DNA of 64,000 nt. Source: Roseomonas sp. GTDB lineage: Bacteria > Pseudomonadota > Alphaproteobacteria > Acetobacterales > Acetobacteraceae. Positions within the stretch are counted from its first letter, which is position 1. Each line of letters opens with the position of its first letter. A model generated the notes under the pieces. That model searched no databases, was not told the DNA's origin, and saw only the letters and a program-made list of their open reading frames with translations. Positions 38,508 to 48,536 of the stretch are shown one piece after another. A program made the translations under genes and the position numbers. The DNA is taken from NCBI GenBank assembly GCA_041906015.1, contig JAYRJZ010000001.1, positions 58,150 to 122,149 of the forward strand, read 5' to 3'.

Positions 38508-39770
38508 TCAGGCGAATCGCCGGGGATCAAAGGCTGCGATCGGGATCTCGGGCGTGGCGCCATTAAGCAGCGAGGCCACCACGCGCCCCGTGCGCGCGCC
38601 GGCGACGAGGCCCGTATGGCCGTGGCCGAAGGCATGCACGATGTCGGGCGTGGCGCTGGATGGCCCCAGGCAGGGCATGCCGTCGGGCATGGAGGGCCGA
38701 TGGCCCATCCAGACCTTCACCCGATCCGCCGGCAGGTCGCGCGGCAGGCCGGGGAAGCATCCCAGCAGATGGTCGCGCAGGATCTCCGCCCGCTTCCAGT
38801 TGGGCGCGGCGGCCAGCCCCGCGATCTCCACCTGCCCGGCGCAGCGCAGTCCGTTCACGGTACGCATCACGGACATCTTCCCATCCGAGGGCATCAGCCC
38901 GTGGCGCGGCGCGACCTCGGGGTCGCGCAGCTCGGCATGGTAGCCGCGCTCGGTCTCCAGCGGGACGGCGTCGCCCGCCGCGGCGGCGAGCGACTTTGAA
39001 TGCGCGCCGGCGGCGATCACGGCGGCATCGGCGGCGACCTCCCCCGCATCGGTGCGCACGGCCCTCAATTGCCCGCCCTCGATCGCGAAGCCCTTCGCGG
39101 CGGCGCGCACCCGCACCGCGCCCTGAGCGACGGCATGCGCCACCAGCGCGGCGGTATAGGCGCCGGGATCATTGCAATGCCCGCCTTCCTCGACCATCAC
39201 GCCGAAGGTGTAGCGGCGGTCGAGATCCGGCTCGCGCTGGCGCAGGTCATTCGCATCGAGTTCGATCCAGCGCACGCCGACCTTGTGGCGGATCTCCCAG
39301 GCCATGGCCTCAGCCTCGAAATCCGCGCGGGAGGGATAGATATAGATCAGCCCCCGCCGCTCGATCAGATGGCGGACGCCCGCCTCCTCGGCGAGCGCGG
39401 CATGCAGCGCCGGCGCATCGACCACCAGCGGGCGCAGCGCGCGCGCCACCGACTCAACCTGCGGCCAGGTCCAGCCCGCGCGCAGGTAGCGGATCAGCCA
39501 GGGCGCGACGGTGGGGAAATAGGACCAGCGGATGGCGAGCGGCCCCAACGGGTCCATCAGGAACTTCGGCACCCTCTTCCACAGGCCCGGCACCGCCGGC
39601 GGGATGACCGACATCGGGCTGAGCCAGCAGCCATTGCCGTAGGAGGCCGCCTGCTCCCCGCCAGGGTCGGCCGGGTCGATGATGGTGACGTGGAAGCCGC
39701 GGCGCAGCGCCTCCACCGCGGAACAGGCGCCGACAATGCCGGCACCGATGATCGCAACCTGTCGTGTCAT
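38508..39770 (-). CDS. FAD-dependent D-amino acid dehydrogenase (DadA-like)
   Basis: IIGAGIVG, ASYGN, WMGHRPSMPD and AFGHGHTGL. Confidence 0.9.
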   Translation of the reverse strand: MTRQVAIIGAGIVGACSAVEALRRGFHVTIIDPADPGGEQAASYGNGCWLSPMSVIPPAVPGLWKRVPKFLMDPLGPLAIRWSYFPTVAPWLIRYLRAGWTWPQVESVARALRPLVVDAPALHAALAEEAGVRHLIERRGLIYIYPSRADFEAEAMAWEIRHKVGVRWIELDANDLRQREPDLDRRYTFGVMVEEGGHCNDPGAYTAALVAHAVAQGAVRVRAAAKGFAIEGGQLRAVRTDAGEVAADAAVIAAGAHSKSLAAAAGDAVPLETERGYHAELRDPEVAPRHGLMPSDGKMSVMRTVNGLRCAGQVEIAGLAAAPNWKRAEILRDHLLGCFPGLPRDLPADRVKVWMGHRPSMPDGMPCLGPSSATPDIVHAFGHGHTGLVAGARTGRVVASLLNGATPEIPIAAFDPRRFA

Positions 39771-40417
39771 GCTGCCCGTGTCTTGCCGATCTCGGCCGAG
39801 GGTCCCGACTGGACCGCCTTGCCCGAGAGGTAGTCATCCAGGAAGAACAGCCGGTCCTGACCCCAGATCCATAGATCGCCGCAGAAGAAGGTGGGCGCGC
39901 CGAAAACGCCGCGCTTCACCGCCTCCTGATTGTTGCGGTCCCATTCCGCGTCGATGGACGGGCTCTGCTCCTCGCGCTGCAAGGCCTCGCCGGGAAAGCC
40001 CTCATCCTCGGCGATGGCGACGCGCGTGCGCGGGTCGGCGATATCCCGGTCCTCGACCCACAGCGCGCGCAGGATCGCCTGGGACAGCGCGAAGGCGTCG
40101 AGACCGCGCGCCTGCGCGGCCATCACCATCCGCCCGGCATTCATCTGGTCGGTCGGCGGATAGTGCTTCGGCTTCAGCTTGATCGGGATGCCGAGATGGC
40201 GCGACCAGCGATCCAGTTCCAGCGCGTGATACTCCTGCCGCGGCTCGGGGCGCGTGCGCAGCGGGATGCCGCCGGTATGCTTGACGACCAGACGAAAGTC
40301 ATAGGGCTTCAGCACCAGCGTCGCGCCGTGGCGCGTCACGATGTCGGCCAACTGCTTGCCGCCCAGATACATCCAGGGGCTGGAGAGCGTGTAGAAACAT
40401 TCGACCGTCTGGCCCAT
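39767..40417 (-). CDS. 2-hydroxychromene-2-carboxylate isomerase / GST-kappa (DsbA-like) protein
   Basis: SSPWMY, GVFGAPTF and WGQDRL motifs. Confidence 0.88.
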   Translation of the reverse strand: MGQTVECFYTLSSPWMYLGGKQLADIVTRHGATLVLKPYDFRLVVKHTGGIPLRTRPEPRQEYHALELDRWSRHLGIPIKLKPKHYPPTDQMNAGRMVMAAQARGLDAFALSQAILRALWVEDRDIADPRTRVAIAEDEGFPGEALQREEQSPSIDAEWDRNNQEAVKRGVFGAPTFFCGDLWIWGQDRLFFLDDYLSGKAVQSGPSAEIGKTRAA

Positions 40418-40423
40418 GACCGT

Positions 40424-40828
40424 TCACCCCCTTTGCGTGCGTCCCGGATCATTGTTGGCGAGCAGCGAGACATGCGCGGACACCACGCGCCACCCGTGTT
40501 CGGGCAGGCGCGCCATGATCTTGGTCTCGCGCCCGACCAGGCCGGTGCCGACGCGTTCATATTCCAGATGCGTGCAGGCGACGTCGCGGCCGAAGGTCGT
40601 GATGTGGACCTTGCGCGTGGTGCGCGGCGCATACGACTTCACCGTCGCGCGGAAGGCGCGGATGGCGTCGATGCCGTAGAGGATCTCGGTGACGCCGAAG
40701 CGTACCGTGCGCGGATCGGGCCAGAAGGACGCGTCGAGAACCGCCGTGTCGTTCGCGGCGATCGCGGCTTCGTAGCGGTCGAAGACCGCGCGGGCCTCGG
40801 CGATCACCTCGGGGTTGTCGATCTCCAC
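40424..40828 (-). CDS. AtzH/HpxZ-like (DUF3225) protein
   Basis: FDRYEAAI..ND..VLD..FW, E.LYG.DAIRAFR and WRVVSAHVS. Confidence 0.85.
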   Translation of the reverse strand: MEIDNPEVIAEARAVFDRYEAAIAANDTAVLDASFWPDPRTVRFGVTEILYGIDAIRAFRATVKSYAPRTTRKVHITTFGRDVACTHLEYERVGTGLVGRETKIMARLPEHGWRVVSAHVSLLANNDPGRTQRG

Positions 40829-40969
40829 GGCGCTGCTCCCGGTTGCGCGGAAACCATGCCGTGGCCTCGCCGGCTTGGCGAGTCATTGGAGAGAGGCGCG
40901 GGGAGAGGCGGCGCCCCTCCCCGCCCCGGTCATGCCGGCCGCGCGAACGGCACGCGCGATGTGCGGCGA

Positions 40970-41437
40970 TCAGTCGAGGATGCGGAAGATTGCCTCGATC
41001 TCGACCGGGATCCGGCTGGGCAGCGAGGCGAAACCCACCGCCGATCGCGCATGCTTCCCGTTCTCGCCGAGGATGGCGACGAAAAGGTCCGAGCATCCGT
41101 TGATCACTTTCGGGTGCTCCTCGAAATCCACATCGGCGTTCACCATGCCGAGGACCTTGATCGCCTTGAGCTTCGACAGCCCGCCCGCACCTTCGGCCGC
41201 CGCGGCGAGCAGCCCGAGTCCGACCGACCGCGCGGCGGCATAGGCGTCCTCGATGCTCATCTCGCTCGGCACCTTGCCACGCGGGCGCGGGCCTTCCACC
41301 ACGCGCGGCCCCTGCCCCGAGGTCCAGAGGAGATTCCCCTCGACGCGATAGGGCACATAGGTGCCGATGGGCTTGGGCACCGGCGGCAGGGTCAGGCCCA
41401 GCGCGGCCAGGCGCTGTTCGGGGGTCTCGCTCGACAT
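40970..41437 (-). CDS. RidA/YjgF family protein
   Basis: SGQGP, HPKVINGCSDLF, HARSAVG and VEIEAI. Confidence 0.9.
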   Translation of the reverse strand: MSSETPEQRLAALGLTLPPVPKPIGTYVPYRVEGNLLWTSGQGPRVVEGPRPRGKVPSEMSIEDAYAAARSVGLGLLAAAAEGAGGLSKLKAIKVLGMVNADVDFEEHPKVINGCSDLFVAILGENGKHARSAVGFASLPSRIPVEIEAIFRILD

Positions 41438-41535
41438 GGCTGTCGCTCCTTTGACGATGGCGCCATGCGACACGCGCATGGGCGATCCGGCAAGAGCACG
41501 GATGCATGACAGTAATGCTGACCTAATATCGTCCC

Positions 41536-42123
41536 ATGGAAACGCTCCTTCCGCTGTTCGGCTTCGCCATCGCGACCTCCATCACGCCGGGGCCGAATGT
41601 GCTGATGGTCGCAGCCGCGGCCGCCAATCACGGGGTGCGGGCGACGCTGCCGCATATGCTCGGGATCGCTGCGGGCTTCGCTGTCATGCTGGTGATCGTG
41701 GGGCTGGGCCTGGCGGGGCCCTTTGCGGCCTGGCCCACGCTGCATGCGGTACTGAAATGGGGTGGGGCAGCCTGGCTGCTCGTACTGGCCTGGAAGATCG
41801 CACGCGCCGGGGCGCCGGGCGAAGGGCCATCACGGCCGCCGCTCGGCTTCCTGGGCGCGGCCCTCTTCCAATGGGTTAATCCGAAGGCGTGGATGATCGC
41901 CGTCGCCGCCATTCCGGCCTTCACCACACCATCGGGCGACACGCTGTCCGAGACGCTGCGCATCGCCGCGGTATTCGTGCTCGTGGGCCTGCCCTGCACG
42001 CTTATCTGGGCGGGGCTTGGCGCTGGCGCCGCCCGCATCCTGCGCACCGAGGTCGCGCTCCGCGGCTTCAATATCGTCATGGCGCTGCTGATGGTGGGCT
42101 CGCTGCTTCCTGCCTTCCTGTGA
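41536..42123 (+). CDS. LysE family exporter
   Basis: ITPGPN and FQWVNPKAW. Confidence 0.92.
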   Translation: METLLPLFGFAIATSITPGPNVLMVAAAAANHGVRATLPHMLGIAAGFAVMLVIVGLGLAGPFAAWPTLHAVLKWGGAAWLLVLAWKIARAGAPGEGPSRPPLGFLGAALFQWVNPKAWMIAVAAIPAFTTPSGDTLSETLRIAAVFVLVGLPCTLIWAGLGAGAARILRTEVALRGFNIVMALLMVGSLLPAFL

Positions 42124-42248
42124 TCGGCATCGCCTCTTCCCGGCCATGAAGCGGCCATGCTGAAGCGCTTCAGGGCGATCACGGTCGCTTGCTGGACCCG
42201 CTTGCCGGGCCTGCCTACCTTGCCGCCGCCCGAGGAGAGGACAACGCC

Positions 42249-44312
42249 ATGCGCCGCCTGACCCTTGCCTTCCTGCTCAGCGCCTCGACGGCGCTCGCGA
42301 CCGAGTTGCCGGTGCGCAGCGTGACGCTCTCCTCCGCCGGCCTCGCCCAGATCGAGCGTGCCGGCGAAGTACCGTCCGATGGCAATGTCACCTTCCGCGC
42401 CCGTACCGACGATGTGGACGACCTGCTGCGCAGCCTGATCGTGGTGGACACGGCGGGCACGGTGGAGGGCGTGCGCCTGCCCGCGCGCGACCTGACGGGC
42501 GAGGCCTTCCGCGGCCTGCCCCTGCAGCCCGAGGATTTCGACAGCCGCGCCCGGCTGCTGGCCGCGCTGCGGGGCCAGGAAGCCGAGGCCGGTGGCGCGC
42601 GCGGCCGCATCGCCGACGCCGCCGAGACCGATCGCGGGCTGCGCCTGACCCTCGTCACCACGGGCGGCCTGATCACCGTGCTGCTGCGCGAGGGCGACGA
42701 GGTGAAGCTGCTCGATGAAGGCCTCGCCGCCCGCGTCGCGCGCGCGGCGGAATCGCTCGCTGCCGCCCGCGCGGCCGATGAGCGCCGGATCGATATCCGC
42801 CTGCGCGCCGACCGGGCGCGGCAGGTGGCCGTGCTCTATGTCGCCGGGGCGCCTCTGTGGAAGCCGTCCTACCGGCTGCTAGTGCCGCCGATCGGGACCC
42901 CCGCCCCGGCCGGGCCGACCGCGCCGCAAGCCCGGCTGCAGGGGTGGGCCGTGGTTGAGAACGCCTCGGGCAGCGATTGGGACGGCATCCGCCTGGCCCT
43001 GGTCTCGGGCGAGGCCGCGGCCTTCCGCCAACGAATCTACGATCCGATCACGGTGCCGCGCCCCGAACTGCCGGTGCGCATCGCCGGCGCGGTGCAGGTG
43101 CGGCCCGATACGGGCGGCCGGCCGATCCCGCTGCCCGCGCCCGTCACCGCACCGGCACCGGCGCCCATGGCTGCGGCCGGCGCCGCCTTCGAGCAAAGCC
43201 CCAGCGCCCGTCAGTCGCGCCGAGCAGCGCCGGAGCCGGTGGTCGGTGGCGGCATCGCCGATACCGCGGTGCCCGCCGCGGGCGCGGCGGCCGAGGCCTC
43301 GGCGGGCCGTGTCGCCTTCGTGCTCTCCGAACCCGTGACGATCCGCAGCGGGGAGACGGCGAACGTCCCCTTCCTCGATATCCGCCTGCCGGCCGAGCGG
43401 CTGTGGTGGATCCAGGACCTCAATGCGCGCTCGCCCCTGCAGGCGGTGCGCATCCGCAACGCATCCCAATCCAGGCTGCCGGACGGTCTCGCCACGGTCT
43501 ACGGCGCCGAGGGCGCCGAGGCCGGCGTTTTCCTCGGCGACGCGGAGATCCGCGCGATGCCGGCGGGCGACAGCCGCATCCTCGCCTTCGGGCGGGATCG
43601 CGACGTGCAGGTGTCCCAGGCCAGTACATCGTCCGAACGCGTGGCGCGCGTCGCGCTGCGGCGCGGCTTCGTCGCGCTCGACATGGTGCGGACCGAACAG
43701 ACCGCGATCGCGATCGACCCGCGCGGGGCGCGCGGCCCGGTGGTGATCGACGTAGCGCGCCGCCCGGGCGCGACGCCGAAATTCACCATCGTCGCCGAGG
43801 GCGATTTCGGCCTGCGGCACGAGGCGATGCTGGAAGGCTCCCCGCAGACGATCAACCTCGCCTTCGAACGCAGCATGACCCAGTCGATCCCCTTCTGGGA
43901 CAACGGCCTGGGCGAGCCGATCCTGCTGCGCTGGCAGAATTTCGATGTGGAGCAAAACCTCCGCCGCCTGCCTGGCGGGCCGGGGACGATGGAACGGCTG
44001 CAGGAGATCCTGTCGCGCACGCCCGAGAACACGCCAGGCCGCGCGGACCTCGCCGCGGTGGTCGAGAGCATGGGCGAGCTGCGGCGGCTGCTCGACGATG
44101 CGCGGATGAAGCAGCGCAGCTACCGCAGCGCGGACCAGGCGCTGCAACGGGCGCGCCAGGCCGCCGAGGACCGCACCGGACCGGAGCTGCAGGAGGCGCG
44201 GCGCCGGCTGAACGTAGCGAGCCGCGAGGCCGACCAGGCCGGGACGGCGGCGGACCAGGCGTGGGAAGCGTGGCAGCGGGCGGTGATCGCGCTGATGCAG
44301 CGGGGGTCGTGA
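42249..44312 (+). CDS. Secreted DUF4139/DUF4140-like protein
   Basis: Signal peptide; VTLSSAGLA, DDLLRSL, WKPSYRL and LQGWAVVENASGSDW...LALVSG. GGAGAGG RBS. Confidence 0.78.
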   Translation: MRRLTLAFLLSASTALATELPVRSVTLSSAGLAQIERAGEVPSDGNVTFRARTDDVDDLLRSLIVVDTAGTVEGVRLPARDLTGEAFRGLPLQPEDFDSRARLLAALRGQEAEAGGARGRIADAAETDRGLRLTLVTTGGLITVLLREGDEVKLLDEGLAARVARAAESLAAARAADERRIDIRLRADRARQVAVLYVAGAPLWKPSYRLLVPPIGTPAPAGPTAPQARLQGWAVVENASGSDWDGIRLALVSGEAAAFRQRIYDPITVPRPELPVRIAGAVQVRPDTGGRPIPLPAPVTAPAPAPMAAAGAAFEQSPSARQSRRAAPEPVVGGGIADTAVPAAGAAAEASAGRVAFVLSEPVTIRSGETANVPFLDIRLPAERLWWIQDLNARSPLQAVRIRNASQSRLPDGLATVYGAEGAEAGVFLGDAEIRAMPAGDSRILAFGRDRDVQVSQASTSSERVARVALRRGFVALDMVRTEQTAIAIDPRGARGPVVIDVARRPGATPKFTIVAEGDFGLRHEAMLEGSPQTINLAFERSMTQSIPFWDNGLGEPILLRWQNFDVEQNLRRLPGGPGTMERLQEILSRTPENTPGRADLAAVVESMGELRRLLDDARMKQRSYRSADQALQRARQAAEDRTGPELQEARRRLNVASREADQAGTAADQAWEAWQRAVIALMQRGS

Positions 44313-44321
44313 CACGTAAGC

Positions 44322-44363
44322 CGGAGAAGGCTCCGCTCCCTCCCCGGCAAAGGCCGGAAGGCC
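44322..44363 (+). repeat. Degenerate REP-like unit
   Basis: CCCTCCCCGGCAAAGGCCGGAAGGCC resembles the linker plus hairpin 2 of the family. Confidence 0.4.
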
Positions 44364-44712
44364 CGCCCGGTCACCTCGGTGGCTCGGCGGGCACGGAACC
44401 GGAGGAGCTCTGCCCCGCCGTCCACCAAGACCTCCGTGCCGCCTGGAGCGCCGGCAACTGACGCCGGATCACCATTTGCATGGTGACCGCCCCCGGCGAA
44501 TGGGCCTTGGCGGCGGGGCAGCATACGCGGACCCGATGGAGCGGCTGCGGCGTCGGATTGGGAACTGTATACGGATCGCACAGGGTCTCATCATGCCGTC
44601 GGCATGAGATGGCGATCGGGCAACGAGCCCCGGATTGCCTTGAAGCGCCCCGAAGCGATGCAGCCGGTCGGCACTCTGCACTCGGCTGAAGCAGGGTCGC
44701 ACGGTACTTTCT

Positions 44713-44750
44713 TGCATACAGTCACGTATACAGTTTGCACGCTTCTTGCA
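44713..44750 (+). promoter_or_regulatory. Operator repeats plus near-consensus sigma54 promoter
   Basis: TGCATACAGT and CGTATACAGT 12 bp apart, then TTGCACGCTTCTTGCA (one mismatch to TGGCACG-N4-TTGC). Confidence 0.5.
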
Positions 44751-44784
44751 TGACACCGCGCACCCCATCGCGAGGGCGCGCCGC

Positions 44785-45462
44785 ATGCCAATCGCCATTC
44801 CCGCCGAACCCTCGGATTTCGAGTTCGATCCCGCCTGCACGGCGCTGATCGTCATCGACATGCAGCGGGACTTCCTCGAACCCGGCGGCTTCGGGGAGAC
44901 CCTCGGCAACGACGTCTCCCTGCTGGCTGCCGCGATCGGGCCCTGCCGCGCCGCGCTCGACGCCGCCCGGCGCAGCGGCATGCTGGTGATCCACACGCGG
45001 GAGGGCCATCGCCCCGACCTCTCCGATGCCCCGCCCGCCAAGGTGCTGCGCGGCGCGCCGTCGAAGCGCATCGGGGATCCGGGCCCGATGGGCCGCATCC
45101 TGGTACGCGGGGAGCCGGGGCACGACATCGTCGCCGCCCTCGCCCCCCTGCCCGGAGAACCCGTGATCGACAAGCCCGGCAAGGGCGCCTTCTACGCGAC
45201 CGAGCTCGAACCGATGCTGCGCCATCGCGGCATCGACTCCCTGCTGATCGCGGGCGTCACCACCGAGGTCTGCGTCCACACCACCCTGCGCGAGGCGAAT
45301 GACCGCGGCTTCCGCTGCGCTGTCCTCGCCGATGCCTGCGCTTCCTACTTCCCGGAATTCCACGCCATGGCGCTACGCATGGTCAGCGCGCAGGGCGGGA
45401 TCTTCGGCTGGGTCACCGACACCGCGGCACTCGCCGCATCGCTGCAGGGAGAGAGGGCATGA
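44785..45462 (+). CDS. Cysteine hydrolase of the BiuH/TrtA subfamily, probably triuret hydrolase
   Basis: [33 protein letters not shown] and REANDRG (Asp-Lys-Cys triad). GGFG..LGND and ASYFP motifs recalled as TrtA-type. Confidence 0.82.
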   Translation: MPIAIPAEPSDFEFDPACTALIVIDMQRDFLEPGGFGETLGNDVSLLAAAIGPCRAALDAARRSGMLVIHTREGHRPDLSDAPPAKVLRGAPSKRIGDPGPMGRILVRGEPGHDIVAALAPLPGEPVIDKPGKGAFYATELEPMLRHRGIDSLLIAGVTTEVCVHTTLREANDRGFRCAVLADACASYFPEFHAMALRMVSAQGGIFGWVTDTAALAASLQGERA

Positions 45463-47039
45463 CGACCACGACCGCGAAGCCTGCGCTCTGGACGCCGGGC
45501 GACTGGAACGCGCTGTTCGGCTTCGGCACGAATATCCTGGTGAACCTCCTGGTGCTCACGGGGCTGCTGCGCTTCGTGCTGAACATGCCGGCGGACATCG
45601 TCTTCGGCCGCATCCTGCCCGCCGCCGGTCTGATGATGGCGCTGTCCACCTGGTACTATGCCTTCCTCGCCTACCGCCTCGCGGCGCGCACGGGGCGTGA
45701 CGATGTCTGCGCCCTGCCCTCCGGCATCTCGGTGCCACACATGTTCGTGGTCACCCTGGTGATCATGCTGCCCATCGCGCAGCGGACGGGCGATCCGATC
45801 AAGGGCTGGGAAGCCGGACTCACCTGGGTCTTCATCCAATCCTTCATCCTGATGATCGGCGGCTTCATCGCCCCCGTCATCCGGCGCATCACCCCGCGCG
45901 CGGCGCTGCTCGGCACGCTCGCCGGCGTGTCGATCACCTTCATCTCGATGCGCCCGGCGCTCGAGATGTTCATGACGCCGGTGATCGGCCTGGTCTGCTT
46001 CGGCATCGTGCTCGCCGCCTGGTTCGGCGGGCTGCGCTATCCGCGCAACATCCCCGCCGGGCTGGTGGCGATCGCCTTCGGCATGCTGATCGCCTGGGGC
46101 GCCGCGCTGTTCGGCCTCGGCTTCGGCGGGCGCAGCCTGACGCAGTTGTTCGCGGGGCTGTCCAGCATCGGCTTCTCTGTGCCGGTGCCGGCGATCGACC
46201 ATGTCTTCGGCGGCTTCGAGTTCATCGGCATCATCCTCGTCACCGCGATCCCCTTCGGCATCTATGACCTCGTCGAGGCGATGGACAATGTCGAGAGCGC
46301 CGAGGTGGCCGGCGACGCCTTCCCCACCACGCGCGTGCTGACCGCGGATGGCGTCGTCAGCCTGATCGGCTGCCTGATGGGCAACCCCTACATCAATGCC
46401 GTCTACATCGGGCACCCGGGGTGGAAGGCGATGGGCGGGCGGATCGGCTATTCCGCGGCGACGGGGCTTGCCGTGCTCGTCGTGACCTGGCTCGGGGTCG
46501 TCTCGGTGCTGCTCGACCTGATCCCGGTGGTCGCGATCTCGCCGATCCTGCTCTACATCGGCATGCTGATCGGCGCGCAGGCCTTCCAGGAAACACCGAA
46601 GTCGCATGCGCCCGCCGTGGTGCTCGGCCTCGTGCCGCATCTCGCCGCCTGGGCGAAGACGCTGATCGACGGCGCGCTCGGCGCGGCGGGAACCAGCGCG
46701 GGGGCGGTGGGCATGGACAAGCTCGCGACGCTCGGCGTGCTGTATCCGGGGCTTGAGATCCTCGGGGAGGGCGCGATCCTGTCAGGGCTGATCCTGGCCG
46801 CCATCGCCGCCTGCATCATTGGACGGGACTGGCTGAAGGCGGCGGGCTTCGCCGCAACGGGCGCGGTCATGACCTTCTTCGGCTTCATGCACGGGCCGGC
46901 AGTGGGCATCGCGGTCACGCCGGCGGTGGCGCTGGCCTATGCGCTGGTAGCAGGGTTCCTGTTTGCCTGTGCGCGCTGGCCGGTGCTGGCGGCGGGAATG
47001 CTGCCGGAGCCCGAGCCGGAGCCCGCAGCGGCAGAGTGA
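45459..47039 (+). CDS. NCS2/AzgA-like permease
   Basis: Many TM segments; [15 protein letters not shown] and [15 protein letters not shown] overlap with the hydrolase gene. Confidence 0.82.
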   Translation: MTTTTAKPALWTPGDWNALFGFGTNILVNLLVLTGLLRFVLNMPADIVFGRILPAAGLMMALSTWYYAFLAYRLAARTGRDDVCALPSGISVPHMFVVTLVIMLPIAQRTGDPIKGWEAGLTWVFIQSFILMIGGFIAPVIRRITPRAALLGTLAGVSITFISMRPALEMFMTPVIGLVCFGIVLAAWFGGLRYPRNIPAGLVAIAFGMLIAWGAALFGLGFGGRSLTQLFAGLSSIGFSVPVPAIDHVFGGFEFIGIILVTAIPFGIYDLVEAMDNVESAEVAGDAFPTTRVLTADGVVSLIGCLMGNPYINAVYIGHPGWKAMGGRIGYSAATGLAVLVVTWLGVVSVLLDLIPVVAISPILLYIGMLIGAQAFQETPKSHAPAVVLGLVPHLAAWAKTLIDGALGAAGTSAGAVGMDKLATLGVLYPGLEILGEGAILSGLILAAIAACIIGRDWLKAAGFAATGAVMTFFGFMHGPAVGIAVTPAVALAYALVAGFLFACARWPVLAAGMLPEPEPEPAAAE

Positions 47040-47141
47040 AGCAGGGCCATCATGCCGCCGGCCAGGGGGGGGGCGAGTACCCGAAGCGACATGCGCGCGA
47101 TAGGATCACGGCTACTCGAGCAGTAGCCGGAGATTCTACGC

Positions 47142-48491
47142 ATGACCGGGTTCGCTTCTTCCGCCCGCCGGACCTTGCTGCGTGACGCCGGCCTGATCGG
47201 TGTCGCGGCCGCGCTCGGGGGCCAGCGCCTCGCGCGCCCTGCCCTGGCGCAGGCCGTGGAGCGGAGCCTGCTGCTCGACAACGCGGTGACGGTGACGAAG
47301 ACGCGCTTGGACAACCTGGCTGCCACCTGGCACGCCACCTTCAACAGCGGCAACGTGCTGCGCGCCTTCGACCCGACAACCCAGGGCGCGCGCAGCGATG
47401 TCCGCCTGCATCGCGTCATCACCACGACGCAGGTGCCCGAGACGGGGGAGCGCGTGACGATCAGCGGACTGCTCGCCCTGCCGGCCGGCGCGACGGGCAG
47501 CATCCCCGTCGTCTCCTGGCAACACGGCACCATCTTCGGCGCGGAATCCGTGCCGTCCAACCTGACGCGTATCGCCGATGAGAGCTTCGTGATGCGCGAT
47601 GGCACCGATTCCGCCGAGACGCTCTTCATGGTCCAGCGCCTGGCGGCGAACGGCTTCGCGGTGATCGGCGCGGACTACCTCGGCAAGGGCCCGTTCCGCG
47701 ATGACCGCCCCGAGGCCTATGTCGTGAAGGGGGCGACCACACGCACCTGCCTCGACATGCTCGATGCCGGGATCGCCGGGATGCGCAGCCTCGGCGTGGC
47801 GGCGGGGCCCCTCTTCCTCACCGGCTGGTCCCAGGGTGCGCTGAACACGCAATGGCTGGCGCAGGCACTGCAGGAAAGCGGGCGTCCGGTGCGCGCCGCC
47901 GCCGCCGCCAGCCCCTTCAACGACCTCAACGAGACGATCCGCTGGTGGACGGGCGGGCTCACCTATCCGGCGCCGACCGACGCGGCCTATCCGGCGGTGC
48001 CGGACTGGGTTTCACTCGGTCTGATCATCGTGCTCGGCAGCTACCAGGCCTATTACGGCCTCGATGGGCTGATCGAGGCGGCGGTGCGGCCCGAATACCA
48101 TGAGATGGCGCTGACGTTCTGGAACAACGAGAGCCTCGACCTCGACCCGTCGCAACATTTCCCGAAGACGTCCGAACTGCTGTCGGAGGGCTTCTTCCAG
48201 GGCTTCACGGCCGATGTCGTCGGCCGCTTCCTGCGCCAGCTCGCGGCGAACCGCGCGACCTTCTGGGACTATGCCGCGCCGATGCGCCTGTTCTACGGGT
48301 TGGCCGACGAAGCGATCCATCCGGTGCTCGCGCAGCAGCCGCTCGCCGCGGGCGGTGAGCACATCGACGGTGCCGCCGTGCCGGGCGGCACCCATCGCAT
48401 CACCTTCCTCGCGAGCCTCTACGGCAACGGCGCCGAGATCAGCGGCAAGCCGGACCTGCTGACCTGGTTCCGTTCCCGCCTGCCAGGCTGA
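47142..48491 (+). CDS. Tat-exported lipase/esterase (secretory lipase-like)
   Basis: RRTLL signal; VSWQHGT, DYLGKG, GWSQG and YG.ADE motifs. Confidence 0.8.
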   Translation: MTGFASSARRTLLRDAGLIGVAAALGGQRLARPALAQAVERSLLLDNAVTVTKTRLDNLAATWHATFNSGNVLRAFDPTTQGARSDVRLHRVITTTQVPETGERVTISGLLALPAGATGSIPVVSWQHGTIFGAESVPSNLTRIADESFVMRDGTDSAETLFMVQRLAANGFAVIGADYLGKGPFRDDRPEAYVVKGATTRTCLDMLDAGIAGMRSLGVAAGPLFLTGWSQGALNTQWLAQALQESGRPVRAAAAASPFNDLNETIRWWTGGLTYPAPTDAAYPAVPDWVSLGLIIVLGSYQAYYGLDGLIEAAVRPEYHEMALTFWNNESLDLDPSQHFPKTSELLSEGFFQGFTADVVGRFLRQLAANRATFWDYAAPMRLFYGLADEAIHPVLAQQPLAAGGEHIDGAAVPGGTHRITFLASLYGNGAEISGKPDLLTWFRSRLPG

Positions 48492-48536
48492 TCCGCGCGG
48501 CTGACCGAACCCACCCTGGCACGGCGGGCCGAAGCA

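Noticed and set aside
44313-44784. Guanidine or other riboswitch, or a regulator pseudogene, upstream of the cysteine hydrolase
   Set aside because: I could not recognise ykkC or mini-ykkC motifs or an HTH remnant by eye. An Rfam scan would be needed to exclude this fully.
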